A stretch of DNA of 64,000 bases from Candidatus Heimdallarchaeota archaeon (lineage in GTDB: Archaea; Asgardarchaeota; Heimdallarchaeia; Heimdallarchaeales; Heimdallarchaeaceae), in NCBI GenBank assembly GCA_030603365.1, contig JAUVXV010000013.1, forward strand, positions 68,330-132,329. Direction: 5' to 3'. The notes beneath the pieces were generated by a model. It had not been told where the DNA came from. It was given only the letters and a program-made list of their open reading frames with translations, and did not search any database. Below are positions 49,220 to 59,443 of this stretch, piece by piece. Every line of letters starts with the position of its first letter. Positions within the stretch are counted from its first letter, which is position 1. The position numbers were made by a program, and so were the translations under genes.

Positions 49220-50884
49220 ATGGCAAATTGTGATTATACAACAGATGTATTAATAGTAGGTTCAGGTGGAGGTGGAATGACTGCAGCTCTTGTAGCTAAG
49301 AAAGCTGGTTTAGATGTTATTGTTATTGAAAAAACACAGTATTATGGAGGTTCCACTGCTCTCTCTGGTGGAGGTGTTTGGATACCAAATAACTATCTTC
49401 TAGAGAAGAAGGGTGTGGAAGATTCAATGGAAAAAGCTAGAACTTATATGGATAATACTGTTGGAGACCGTGTTCCTTCAGAATTCAAAGAAGCTTATTT
49501 AGTTAATGCTCCTAAAATGATTGATTGGTTAAGAGAAAATACTAGGGCTAAATTCCTTTTTGTACCCAATTACTCAGATTATCATCCAGAAAGACCTGGT
49601 GGGATTCCTCGAGGTCGAGCTCTAGAAGCTAAACCGTTCAATGGTAGAAAACTAAAGAAAGATTTGAAAAATCTTAATGCATTACCATATGATGTTCCTC
49701 TTGGAATTAGTTTTACTATCAATGAGTATCATAATTTAGGAATGATAATGTCAACTTGGGCAGGAAAATGGACAGCTCTTAAAGCAGGGATGCGAGCTAT
49801 CTTTGGTTTATTGATTCGCTATAAATTCCTTACTTTAGGAAATGCACTAATTGCTAGGTTAAGAAAATCTATGCAAGACGATAACATTCCTCTCTGGCTT
49901 AATACTCCCTTTAAAGATCTAATATTGGAAAAAGAAAAAGTAGTGGGTGTAATTGCCAAGAAAGACGGTTCGGAAATAAGAATAAAAGCTGAAAAAGGTG
50001 TTATTCTTGCAGCTGGAGGTTTTCCACACAATCTAGAAATGAGAGAAAAATACCATCCAAAACCTATAACAACCGAATGGACATCAGCACATTCTGGGAA
50101 TACTGGAGACGCGATTTTATCAGGAATGAAACATGGTGCTGCTGTTGATCTTATGGATGATGCTTGGTGGGGACCCTCATCTGCTCCACATGAAGAACCA
50201 CCTTTCTTCCATGTTGGAGAACGAGGCTACCCTGGAGGAATTATGGTTAACAAAGCAGGTAAACGTTTTACTAATGAATCTGCAAGTTATGTAGTAGTTG
50301 TACATGAAATGTATGAAAAACATACAGACAAAATACCTCATGTTCCGTGTCATTTTATCTTTGATCAACGTTTCAAATCGAAATATATGTTTGGGCTGAC
50401 TTTCCCAGGGATGAAGTTTCCTGAGAAATATTTTGAGAGTGGGTATATCAAAACTGCAGAAACACTGGAAGAGTTAGCTAAGAAAATCGATGTTAATGCT
50501 AAAAGTCTTAATGATACAGTGAAACGCTTTAACAATTTTGCAAAAGAAGGAAAAGATCAGGATTATGGTAAAGGAGATAGTGCATATGACAATTACTATG
50601 GAGATCCCAAAGTTAAACCCAATCCAAATCTATATCCTATAGAACAATCACCATTTTATGCAGTAGAATTTGTTCCTGGAGATTTAGGAACCAAAGGCGG
50701 TCTTGTTACTAACGAACATGCTCAAGTTTTGCGAAAAGATAGATCAATAATTGAGGGATTATATGCTGTTGGTAACAGCTCTTCCTCTGTTATGGGAAAC
50801 AGTTATCCTGGACCTGGTGCGACTGTAGGACCTACTATGACTTTTGGGTATGTTGCAGCAAAGCACATATCGGAAAAGAAATGA
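49220..50884 (+). CDS. kstD: 3-ketosteroid Delta1-dehydrogenase-like flavoprotein
   Basis: GGSTALSGGGVWIPNN, YSDYHPE, DLMDDAWWGP, NESASY, AYDNYYGDP, GDLGTKGG, SYPGPGATVGP. Confidence 0.85.
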   Translation: MANCDYTTDVLIVGSGGGGMTAALVAKKAGLDVIVIEKTQYYGGSTALSGGGVWIPNNYLLEKKGVEDSMEKARTYMDNTVGDRVPSEFKEAYLVNAPKMIDWLRENTRAKFLFVPNYSDYHPERPGGIPRGRALEAKPFNGRKLKKDLKNLNALPYDVPLGISFTINEYHNLGMIMSTWAGKWTALKAGMRAIFGLLIRYKFLTLGNALIARLRKSMQDDNIPLWLNTPFKDLILEKEKVVGVIAKKDGSEIRIKAEKGVILAAGGFPHNLEMREKYHPKPITTEWTSAHSGNTGDAILSGMKHGAAVDLMDDAWWGPSSAPHEEPPFFHVGERGYPGGIMVNKAGKRFTNESASYVVVVHEMYEKHTDKIPHVPCHFIFDQRFKSKYMFGLTFPGMKFPEKYFESGYIKTAETLEELAKKIDVNAKSLNDTVKRFNNFAKEGKDQDYGKGDSAYDNYYGDPKVKPNPNLYPIEQSPFYAVEFVPGDLGTKGGLVTNEHAQVLRKDRSIIEGLYAVGNSSSSVMGNSYPGPGATVGPTMTFGYVAAKHISEKK

Positions 50885-50942
50885 TGAGTAAAAGATTTAG
50901 AATCTTACACTCTCATACTCCTTCCCTTTTTTAGGTGTCTTC

Positions 50943-51209
50943 TTAATCTTTCTTTTGGAACCAGCTCTTAATACCAACATTCACTCGTGAGCTCTTACTT
51001 GTTAAACCAATTACTGCTAGCAGTAGAATAATTCCGATAACTATGAAGAATAATGCTCCTAAGCTTGCAGCAATCCAAAGTGGGGAAAACACCCATACCC
51101 ATGCCCAATCAATAACATGTGTTAATTTTAAGATAAGGAAGGTAACCCAAAGTATTGTAACAATTCCTACTCCACCACCAGAACTATTACGTCTATTTCT
51201 GTTTGTCAT
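50943..51209 (-). CDS. Small membrane protein, Tmemb_185A/Fragile-X-F-like
   Basis: FLILKLTHVIDWAWVWVFSPLWI signature. Confidence 0.75.
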   Translation of the reverse strand: MTNRNRRNSSGGGVGIVTILWVTFLILKLTHVIDWAWVWVFSPLWIAASLGALFFIVIGIILLLAVIGLTSKSSRVNVGIKSWFQKKD

Positions 51210-51336
51210 TTTCAGATAATTCGTGCCTTTCTATGTATAAAAAGATAAGTAAATAAGGATTAGACGTATTTTGCTACACAATCCTAAGAAGAATGAATTC
51301 ATGATCTTAGTTAATGAACAAAAATTGCACAGATCT

Positions 51337-52188
51337 TTATTCAATCTGTTTGTAATGATTATAGAAACTTCTCTTAATCCAGTTCAACATATTATCCATA
51401 AATTTCAATGCTTTACTCTTCTGTGATTTTGTTTCAATAATTTGGTAAGCTCTTTCGATTTGACCAATTCTAGGCAATTCTATTTCTTCCAAAGTTTTTC
51501 CTGCATCTATTTTAGAAATTATGAATGATTTTAGCGAATTGAAGAAAGCTAGTTGTTCATCTAAAAACTCTTGTGGATTACTAACTACTTCTCCATGACC
51601 TGGAATAATATAATCAAGTTTCATTGATTTAAATTTCTTAAATGCTAACAGGTATTCTTCTGGATTTCCTGTCTTTCTCGGACTACTTTGGTAAAAACCT
51701 AGAAAAGGTAGGCCAAAATTGATTGGTTCAGTAAAGAAAAGATCTCCTGCAAAAAGAACTCTTTCGCTAGGAATATATGCAACACTAGATCCTAGACTAT
51801 GACCAGCAACTAGATGAACTTCAACTTCGATATCATCACTAAGAATAAATTTGTTTTCGAATGTTTCTATAATCCTTCTTCCATATTTTGTACTTTTAGG
51901 CATATTCTGTTTGCATTTTTGGCTAATAAGCAAAGTTGAATCTATGAAAGCATCCATTCCTCATCTATGATCACTATGGGCATGAGTTAAGAAAAGATAT
52001 TTAACGGGTAACCCAAAGTAGGATTCTAGATTTTTTCTGAAACCATGTCCAACTTCTAAGGGATTCCCACTATCTATAGCTATGGAAAAACTACCTAAAG
52101 ATATACCTCCTAAAACACTTGACCTAGTAGACATTTGAGTAATGGTGTCAACAGCTGTATATTCAGTCAGTTTTACTAAATTACCCAT
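51337..52188 (-). pseudogene. MBL-fold metallohydrolase with in-frame TGA at 51961-51963
   Basis: IDSG, THAHSDHR*GMDAF, AGHS, FAGDL, IPGHG; the two track ORFs are in the same frame. Confidence 0.85.
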
Positions 52189-52401
52189 TAATATCATCCT
52201 TCCAATGAATTAGAAACTTATATCACTTGTGTTCTTTAGTTAATAGAATTTAATGATAATCTAATCTTCTACTGATAAACCGGGAGTAATTCCACTTGCT
52301 ATTGCAGTGACCTTGAAATTAGTAAATGATTACAATCTTTGTCTTTAATCTCCTTCATGTGCTAGTATATAGCGTTTTAATTCCCTATAATATGATGAAA
52401 T

Positions 52402-52977
52402 CTATTTTTTTATTAGTTTTAAAACATAAATAGACTCGAATTCCTCTGCAAGAATGTCCATATATATTACATCGTATTTTTTATTTCCTATAATTCTTGC
52501 TTGTCTTCTTCTACCAATTTCCTTGAATCCTGCTTTCTTATAGCAATTAATAGCTCGTTCATTGAATGAGAATGTTCCTAGCATAATACTATTTAGATTA
52601 AGCAGGTTGAATCCGTAGTCTAGTGTTAATTTTGTAGCTTCTTGACCATATCCTTTATTCCAAAAATCTTTCCTTCCAATAGCAATACCAAATCTTGCAG
52701 TTCTATTAACTAGGTCAACTGCTAGAAGCATTGAACGCCCAATCATTTCATTTGTTTCTATATCGTTTATACTAAAAACTGGAGTGTCGTTTTCTATCCA
52801 CTTGCGAATAAGTTCTTTTTGATTTTCAACAGAAATGTGAGTATAAGCTTCATCACCAAGAGGAATGGTCACTTCTAAATCATTCAGCCACTCTGTCCAT
52901 TGTTCAGCATGTTCTAAACAAATTGGAGAAAGATAACATTTGTTGCCAATTAACTTCTTAACTAACATAGATTTCAT
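52402..52977 (-). CDS. GNAT acetyltransferase (RimJ/RimL type)
   Basis: FWNKGYGQEA and NERAINCYKKAGF. Confidence 0.92.
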   Translation of the reverse strand: MKSMLVKKLIGNKCYLSPICLEHAEQWTEWLNDLEVTIPLGDEAYTHISVENQKELIRKWIENDTPVFSINDIETNEMIGRSMLLAVDLVNRTARFGIAIGRKDFWNKGYGQEATKLTLDYGFNLLNLNSIMLGTFSFNERAINCYKKAGFKEIGRRRQARIIGNKKYDVIYMDILAEEFESIYVLKLIKK

Positions 52978-53068
52978 GATTTTGATAGTTATATAGTTTT
53001 TATCTTTTGTTTTTGTTTCTATTTAAAAAAAAGAGTAAAAGGATGGAAATTTTTCCTTTCCTTTCATC

Positions 53069-54835
53069 TTAAGAAGTCTTGATTCTTCTTTTCCTAATGA
53101 CAACAAAAGAAGTTACTGCTACAGCTACGCTAAAACCTCCTACTAACCCTACAATCAACCATAAGTAAGGATTCGACGGATAACTAGAACTATCATTAGG
53201 GTCTGTTCCAGCTTCCACTTCTTCACCATCTAAATAGCCGTCTCCATCACTATCGTTGTTGTTTGGATCGGTTTCATAAATATTAATTTCTTCATTATCA
53301 TCTAAACCATCTGAGTCACTGTCAGAATTGAAGGGGTCTGTAAAATAGAGTATTACTTCCTGGAATTCTGTAAGACTATCTCCATCAAAATCTATGACAG
53401 GATAAAGATCCACACTACCAACATCTCCATCGAGTGCATAAGTGCCTAGTCCATTCCAATCTGAATAGTGGTTTCCAATCTCTAAACTTTCGCTGTACCA
53501 TTTTATATTAGTAACAGTCCATTCTTCAACAGGATGAGCCATTAAATCTCCTAAGCTGATAAATACATTGTAATATAGGGTTACATTTTCACAAGTATAG
53601 AAATTTACAGACATTTGACTGCCTTCTGATTCAACGAAACAGCTGATAATGTTAAATGTAGCAAGTAAATTAGTTACATCTTCACAAGATAAACCTTCCT
53701 CAGTAGCATTAAAGATAGTATTGTTATGAATTTGGATACTATCTACAAAATCACATTTTATTCCATACCGGAAATTAGCTATGTAATTATTCCGAATAAT
53801 TGCATCGTTTACTCCATCCAATTGTGTTCCATCATCATCTCCATTCCAATTACAATTTTCTATCAACAAACCTTCTACAGTTCTTGCCTCAATTCCATTC
53901 TTTCCTGTTACATTTACATTACTTACAGAGATGTTTGTACAGTTATGGACTTGCATTCCAACATTAACATCGTTCATTTCGTATCCTTCAATATCAATGC
54001 CTATTGAGTTTACTATGTATATCTGTCCATATTGATTGCCAGTAATAGTTTCATCTAACAGGTTGTAAAAGAATCCAAAAGGCTTCCCATTAACGATATT
54101 GTTCTCATAAGTGTTATTCAGAATATTAGCTACCTGGTCTTCGTAGATATAGAATCCTGCTCCATTTAGAATGTTATTCCTAATTGAGGAATTCAGAACA
54201 GCGTTAATCCTTATAGCCGAAGAATCTCCGTAAAATATGTTGTCTTCAATAATATTGTTTTCATCTCTAAAGTGCATTAGTGAACTACTAGCAGGACCAG
54301 TAATTTCAACAATATTCTTTGTAAAATTCAATCCTCGACTGAATAAAGAACCTTGTCCGGCTCTAAGAGTACAATTGTGAACTGTCATATAGTGAGAATT
54401 TATTCCTCCTATTGAAAGTCCTCCTTCAATTATACAGTTAATAACCTGGGATACACCAGAAGCAACACCACTCAGGTAGACACCATATGTTGAACCTTTG
54501 AGAGAAGAGTCACGGAGAATAAAATACGATGTAACATAATAAAATTCTATTGCAAGAGAATCTGTTGTATTTATCATCATATTATCAATAATGTAAGGAT
54601 CATCTGGCGCACCCGTCCCTGAAGAACTATACGATGCGATATTTCCCTCATTAATTTGAATTCCTACAGTTGAGGTTAGATTCAATTCAGTTTTCTGTTC
54701 ATTGTCAACATTCATTCCTGTAGTCCAATTACTTGAGAATTGAAGTAATAAAACTAAAATAAAAAAAATCACAAAGAAAATCCTTAATGTCAACTTTCTA
54801 TTTCTTCTATATTTCATCAGATTATTATTTATCAA
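53069..54835 (-). CDS. Parallel beta-helix surface protein with DSDGDG Ca-binding repeats and TM anchor, copy 1
   Basis: SSSGTGAPDDPYIID, NGKPFGF, DSDSDGL, DSDGDGY, TM + RKRR. Confidence 0.88.
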   Translation of the reverse strand: MINNNLMKYRRNRKLTLRIFFVIFFILVLLLQFSSNWTTGMNVDNEQKTELNLTSTVGIQINEGNIASYSSSGTGAPDDPYIIDNMMINTTDSLAIEFYYVTSYFILRDSSLKGSTYGVYLSGVASGVSQVINCIIEGGLSIGGINSHYMTVHNCTLRAGQGSLFSRGLNFTKNIVEITGPASSSLMHFRDENNIIEDNIFYGDSSAIRINAVLNSSIRNNILNGAGFYIYEDQVANILNNTYENNIVNGKPFGFFYNLLDETITGNQYGQIYIVNSIGIDIEGYEMNDVNVGMQVHNCTNISVSNVNVTGKNGIEARTVEGLLIENCNWNGDDDGTQLDGVNDAIIRNNYIANFRYGIKCDFVDSIQIHNNTIFNATEEGLSCEDVTNLLATFNIISCFVESEGSQMSVNFYTCENVTLYYNVFISLGDLMAHPVEEWTVTNIKWYSESLEIGNHYSDWNGLGTYALDGDVGSVDLYPVIDFDGDSLTEFQEVILYFTDPFNSDSDSDGLDDNEEINIYETDPNNNDSDGDGYLDGEEVEAGTDPNDSSSYPSNPYLWLIVGLVGGFSVAVAVTSFVVIRKRRIKTS

Positions 54836-54902
54836 ATCTGTTTATTAAGTCTTTATGCGAATTTATTAAGACAGTTGTGTATCTACAGATGAAGAATGAA
54901 AA

Positions 54903-55094
54903 CTAATTGTCTTCGATTGATAGACCAAATGAACTGCCACTTGCAAGTGCAGATTCAGTTTTATCTTTCAAGAGACTACTCGTTAAGATGTCTTCTGGAT
55001 AATCTGACCCCATCAATCCATTGTTTCTAGAAAAGATAAAACCAATGATAATTGTAAACGTAAGAATACCTAAACTTGCTAATAGTACATACAT
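54903..55094 (-). CDS. Small single-TM protein
   Basis: N-terminal hydrophobic helix; fills an intergenic gap. Confidence 0.55.
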   Translation of the reverse strand: MYVLLASLGILTFTIIIGFIFSRNNGLMGSDYPEDILTSSLLKDKTESALASGSSFGLSIEDN

Positions 55095-55162
55095 AGGTAG
55101 AACATATTCTACTTTTAAAGAACCCAGAGAAAGTTTAAATTAATCCTACATTTAACCCATCT

Positions 55163-55825
55163 ATGACGGTAGAAGAAAAATTACATGAATTAGAAACTGC
55201 CTCATATTTTGGTGTATTAAGATACGGACGTAGCTATACAAATGTGTTATATGTTTTTCTAACCTTTCCTTTAGGTTTAACACTTTTTATCTATTCTGCG
55301 GTATGTCTGCCACTTTTTGCAGGATTGTCCTTCATAATTTTCGGTTTACTCTTACTCTATCTCTATTTATGGAGTCTTCCTAAAATAATGGTCGCATATG
55401 GATACTTAACTCAACTCTTTGTAGGACTTCCTGTACCTGACAAGGACTATACACCTAAAATCGAAGGTACTTTCTTCACAAAAGCATTCAATGCTTTGAA
55501 AGATAAAAGAATTGCAAAATCCCTCTTGTACACACTATTTCTAGCTTTACCTTATGGAACATTCGTGTTCTCAGTTATGACCTTCATGATATCATTAGCT
55601 GGTGGTTTAATTGCAGCACCTATTGTATATGCAGTTCGATGGAGTCAAGGATTGCTTCTAGAATGGTGGGAATTATGGATTCATAATCTACCTAATTGGG
55701 CTGAGGTACTCATAATGGTAGCTCTTGTCTTACTTGGCTTACTTCTAATACCTGCAGTTTTACAACTTTCTAACAAATTGGCAATTTGGCATGCTAGAAT
55801 GATACAAAAAGCACTAACCAGATAA
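55163..55825 (+). CDS. Membrane protein with putative sensor domain (stand-alone)
   Basis: SYTNVLYVFLTFPLG and duplicated TM pattern LLYTLFLALPYG. Confidence 0.65.
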   Translation: MTVEEKLHELETASYFGVLRYGRSYTNVLYVFLTFPLGLTLFIYSAVCLPLFAGLSFIIFGLLLLYLYLWSLPKIMVAYGYLTQLFVGLPVPDKDYTPKIEGTFFTKAFNALKDKRIAKSLLYTLFLALPYGTFVFSVMTFMISLAGGLIAAPIVYAVRWSQGLLLEWWELWIHNLPNWAEVLIMVALVLLGLLLIPAVLQLSNKLAIWHARMIQKALTR

Positions 55826-55929
55826 TTTCTTTTCCTTTTTTTCTTATATCTGATTTTTGGATAATACGTTTATTCTAACATAAATATTCTAACAACTAAT
55901 TTAAACACAGAAGTATTCATGGTGTACCA

Positions 55930-56841
55930 ATGAAATCATCCAGTGGAGTAAAGATTGACACGAGTTTTGTCAATCTAGCTCTAGAATACCTTATTTCTCC
56001 CTCGGAAGAATTATTTCTTCAAATTAGTAAGCACACTGTAGCTAAGAAGATTCTCTCCAACGCTCAGATTTCTGATCCGAATCTCAAGGATGTGAAGGTT
56101 TTCTGGGAGAAGATTTTGGAAAAAGAGCAAAATAAAGGAGAAGAGTATATTTCTGAAGTAAACTCTTGTATTGCTTACATTGTTAATAATACTGAAACCC
56201 TACTTGAGCATGTAAATGAACTTTATAGCTATCTCCCTGATGATTTTGTTTTTGATTGCACTCTCTACCTGCATATAGGATACGATATAGGCATAGTAGC
56301 TGAAGGAGATGCATTATTGAATGTAGGTCATACTCTTTTTCATCAGAATAAGAGAGAATTGATCTATTTTGCGATGCATGAGTTACATCATGTTGGGTAC
56401 ACTCATTATAATGAACTAGATATTAGTTTTTTTGATCTTCAAACAAGTGATGATTTTGTAAAACTTATAGAAAAACTTACACATCTTGAAGGAACAGCAA
56501 CTTATGCAATCAAAGAACTAAGAGAAAGAGAAAATCAACTATCTTACTTTGATTATAAAGTTCTGAATAACAAAGAAAGACGTGCTGAATTTGTACAAGA
56601 GTACTTTGAGATTTATGATAAATACAAGTATGCTAAAAGATTTCTAATAGAAGAAAGTGATTTCGATATACTTGATGTAATGTCTGGGAAGAATAAACGA
56701 TTATGGTATATTACAGGAGCCCATATGGCTGAAGATATTGATAAGAAGCTTGGAAGGGATGATCTTAACAAAACAATTCTAGATGGTCCTGAATCTTTCT
56801 TTAAGAAATTCCAGTATGATAATATGTTTCTTGATGGATAA
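55930..56841 (+). CDS. Putative Zn-dependent protease (DUF5700-like)
   Basis: HELHH motif with downstream EGTA. Confidence 0.8.
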   Translation: MKSSSGVKIDTSFVNLALEYLISPSEELFLQISKHTVAKKILSNAQISDPNLKDVKVFWEKILEKEQNKGEEYISEVNSCIAYIVNNTETLLEHVNELYSYLPDDFVFDCTLYLHIGYDIGIVAEGDALLNVGHTLFHQNKRELIYFAMHELHHVGYTHYNELDISFFDLQTSDDFVKLIEKLTHLEGTATYAIKELRERENQLSYFDYKVLNNKERRAEFVQEYFEIYDKYKYAKRFLIEESDFDILDVMSGKNKRLWYITGAHMAEDIDKKLGRDDLNKTILDGPESFFKKFQYDNMFLDG

Positions 56842-56937
56842 TTGATTGGTTTTATCTCTTTTCTAAACAATTCTTTCCAATAAATTTACCGATTAAATTT
56901 ATAAATTGATAAGAATCATTTCAGAAAGGGTGTATAA

Positions 56938-57519
56938 TTGAAAGCAATAATATTCAATGGTGCTTTAGCAGGCAAGAATCAGCTAATGACATTTCAAAAT
57001 ATAATTGAAGAAGAGTTAGTAAATATTGGGATGGAAACAGAATCCTATGTTCTTAATCAAATAGAAATTAAAAGTTGTATAGGATGTTTCAGATGCTGGG
57101 ATACAACTCCAGGTATTTGTACAGGTGTTAAAGGTGACAATGCAAATGAAATTGTAGAAAAAGTCATTCAAAGTGAATTAATAGTTATCCTTACTCCTTT
57201 AACATTTGGAGGTTACTCCTCGGAGCTCAAGAAGATTATGGAACGTTTTTTGGGACTTGTCCAACCAGGTGTAAACCAAGATAAAGGCGAATCACATCAT
57301 CGTAAAAGATATGAACGTTATCCTTCGCTTATAGCAATAGCTACCACAGAGAAAGATGATAAAGAAGAAGAAGAACTTTTTAGATTACTTATCAACAGAC
57401 ACAGTAAGAATTTTTATCCTCCTAAATACAGCACTGAAATCTTCAAAGAAGATACTGATTCAGATTCTATAAGAGCAGGGTTGAAGCAAATTATCGAAGA
57501 AATGGAGCTGAGAAAATGA
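56938..57519 (+). CDS. Flavodoxin / iron-sulfur flavoprotein family
   Basis: CIGCFRCW..TPGIC and TPLTFGGYSSELKK. Confidence 0.85.
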   Translation: MKAIIFNGALAGKNQLMTFQNIIEEELVNIGMETESYVLNQIEIKSCIGCFRCWDTTPGICTGVKGDNANEIVEKVIQSELIVILTPLTFGGYSSELKKIMERFLGLVQPGVNQDKGESHHRKRYERYPSLIAIATTEKDDKEEEELFRLLINRHSKNFYPPKYSTEIFKEDTDSDSIRAGLKQIIEEMELRK

Positions 57520-58205
57520 CTAAGGTCTTATTGTTAATAGGAAGTCCTCGTGGTAAAAAAAGTACATCAGCAAATGTAGGTAATTATATCCTGGATAAAC
57601 TAAATAAGAATGGGCTGGAAACTTCTTCTCTCATAATCAGAAACCAACTCTCTAGCGAAGAGAAAATTAATCAAATGCTCGATGCAATAAGTTTAGCAGA
57701 TCTCATTATTCTTACAGCACCTCTTTACGATGATTGTCAACCATATATTGTCATTAAAACTATGGAGATAATTATTGAGAAGAAATTGAAACTTGACAAT
57801 AAGAAATTCATGCCAATAATTCCTTGTGGTTTTCCTGAGCCACACCAGATAACAGAGGTAGCAATACCACTTTATCGAAAATTTGCTAAAACTGTTGGAC
57901 TCAACTGGGTTGGAAGTCTTGCAATTGGTGGAGGAGAAATGTTCAATGTTTTGCAGAAAGATAGTGGGAAGAGCCTAGAAGAACTTGGCAAAGTAGCTGA
58001 AAGATTACTTGAAGCTTTAGATCAAATCTCTGAAACTTTGTCTTCTGATAAAAACTATCAAGATGTAGAACTGTTTATACTTCCAGATTTCTGGTACACC
58101 AAAGTAATGTCGAAAATTGTAACTTGGATGAACAATAGAGGCTGGAAAAAGATGGCAAAAAAGAAAGGAGTTAAGGTTGACGCTAAACCTTATCTACAAG
58201 AATAA
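57516..58205 (+). CDS. NAD(P)H-dependent FMN reductase family
   Basis: LIGSPRGKKSTS, PLYDD, CGFPE; ATGA overlap with the preceding gene. Confidence 0.85.
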   Translation: MTKVLLLIGSPRGKKSTSANVGNYILDKLNKNGLETSSLIIRNQLSSEEKINQMLDAISLADLIILTAPLYDDCQPYIVIKTMEIIIEKKLKLDNKKFMPIIPCGFPEPHQITEVAIPLYRKFAKTVGLNWVGSLAIGGGEMFNVLQKDSGKSLEELGKVAERLLEALDQISETLSSDKNYQDVELFILPDFWYTKVMSKIVTWMNNRGWKKMAKKKGVKVDAKPYLQE

Positions 58206-58518
58206 ATAGAAAAATTCTCTTTTATATTTTCTTTTATTTGTTTGGACTTAGAACTATTCAATATACTCTCTCTACACTTTACTAATAAAGAAATTTTGCT
58301 CTTGATGTTAAATAATTACTTAAAATACAAAATATTTGAATGTACATTCCATTTAAAATAGATGAAAAAGAGATAAGAGCTAAATCAGTGAAGGTGCAAT
58401 ATCTTTCTTTGAGAAATATCTCTGTTGATTTTGCCTTTTACTACTTTAGAATTATAAAGCAAAAATATGATAAATTACAAATTAAGTAAATTTGCACTAA
58501 ACAAAAAATGGTGAGAAT

Positions 58519-59400
58519 ATGAAACATACAAAATTCTGCCTTGTTTCCCTCATTTTCATTTCTAGTTTGTTTATGGGAGTATTTATTCCTGTAAGCTTTG
58601 CAATTACAGAAAGAGGAATTACCTTCGAACCTGAAGTACTTTCTCTTACCTCTGTAGATGTGACTATTAACTATAAAGCCCCTTCTTATGGTAAAGCTGA
58701 GCATTGGGCCGTTATCGTGGGAATAAGTGATTATAAGGTTATAAACGATCTTCGTTTTTGTGATGAAGATGCTAATGATTGGTATAACTACTTTGTTGGA
58801 CTAGGGTACGAACATATTATTGTTCTAGGTGATAATTCTAGCGAATACTATCAATTTGATTTCGTTGCTTCTGAATATAACATCAAACAAACACTAAACT
58901 ATGTTGTAGCAAATGCTGATGAAGACGATGTGATATCTTATGTAACATCCGGTCATGGATCAAGAGCTAAAGTTGGAGAAAGTCTTATCTGTGCTTGGGA
59001 TTTTGGAGCTGGCGAAAACGATGAAGACGGAAGATTTTGGGACTATGAGTTAGCTGCCATACTAGAATTAGCAGTCGCTAAGCAAATATTTGTTTTCATT
59101 GACCACTGCTTTGCTGGTGGTTTTGGACCTGAATTAATGGCTATGCCTAATTCTGAATATGTTTGGTTTGGTGCTGCTTGTGCTGAACAAGGAATGGGTT
59201 GGGATGCATATGAATTCAACAATGGTCTGTGGACTTACTATTTCTTAGAATTTAGTTTAGTTGATCATTTTAATTCCAATCCTAAGACAACAATGGAAGA
59301 AGCTTTCGATTATGCTTTAACATATTTTTCATATAAATTCGGAGTAATGGTTCCAGAAGAATATGATGGAAATCCACATAAATTGTTTATACTAATTTAA
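58519..59400 (+). CDS. Caspase-family (peptidase C14) protein with signal peptide
   Basis: AVIVGISDY, SGHG (His), IDHCFAGG (Cys); hydrophobic N-terminus ending VSFA. Confidence 0.87.
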   Translation: MKHTKFCLVSLIFISSLFMGVFIPVSFAITERGITFEPEVLSLTSVDVTINYKAPSYGKAEHWAVIVGISDYKVINDLRFCDEDANDWYNYFVGLGYEHIIVLGDNSSEYYQFDFVASEYNIKQTLNYVVANADEDDVISYVTSGHGSRAKVGESLICAWDFGAGENDEDGRFWDYELAAILELAVAKQIFVFIDHCFAGGFGPELMAMPNSEYVWFGAACAEQGMGWDAYEFNNGLWTYYFLEFSLVDHFNSNPKTTMEEAFDYALTYFSYKFGVMVPEEYDGNPHKLFILI

Positions 59401-59443
59401 CTTCTTTTTTTCTCTTTTTCTTATTCTAATTTATTACTCAAAT

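Noticed and set aside
51961-51963. TGA as selenocysteine in the MBL hydrolase
   Set aside because: The position is not a conserved Cys site, I found no convincing SECIS downstream, and other genes have TAA/TAG interruptions.
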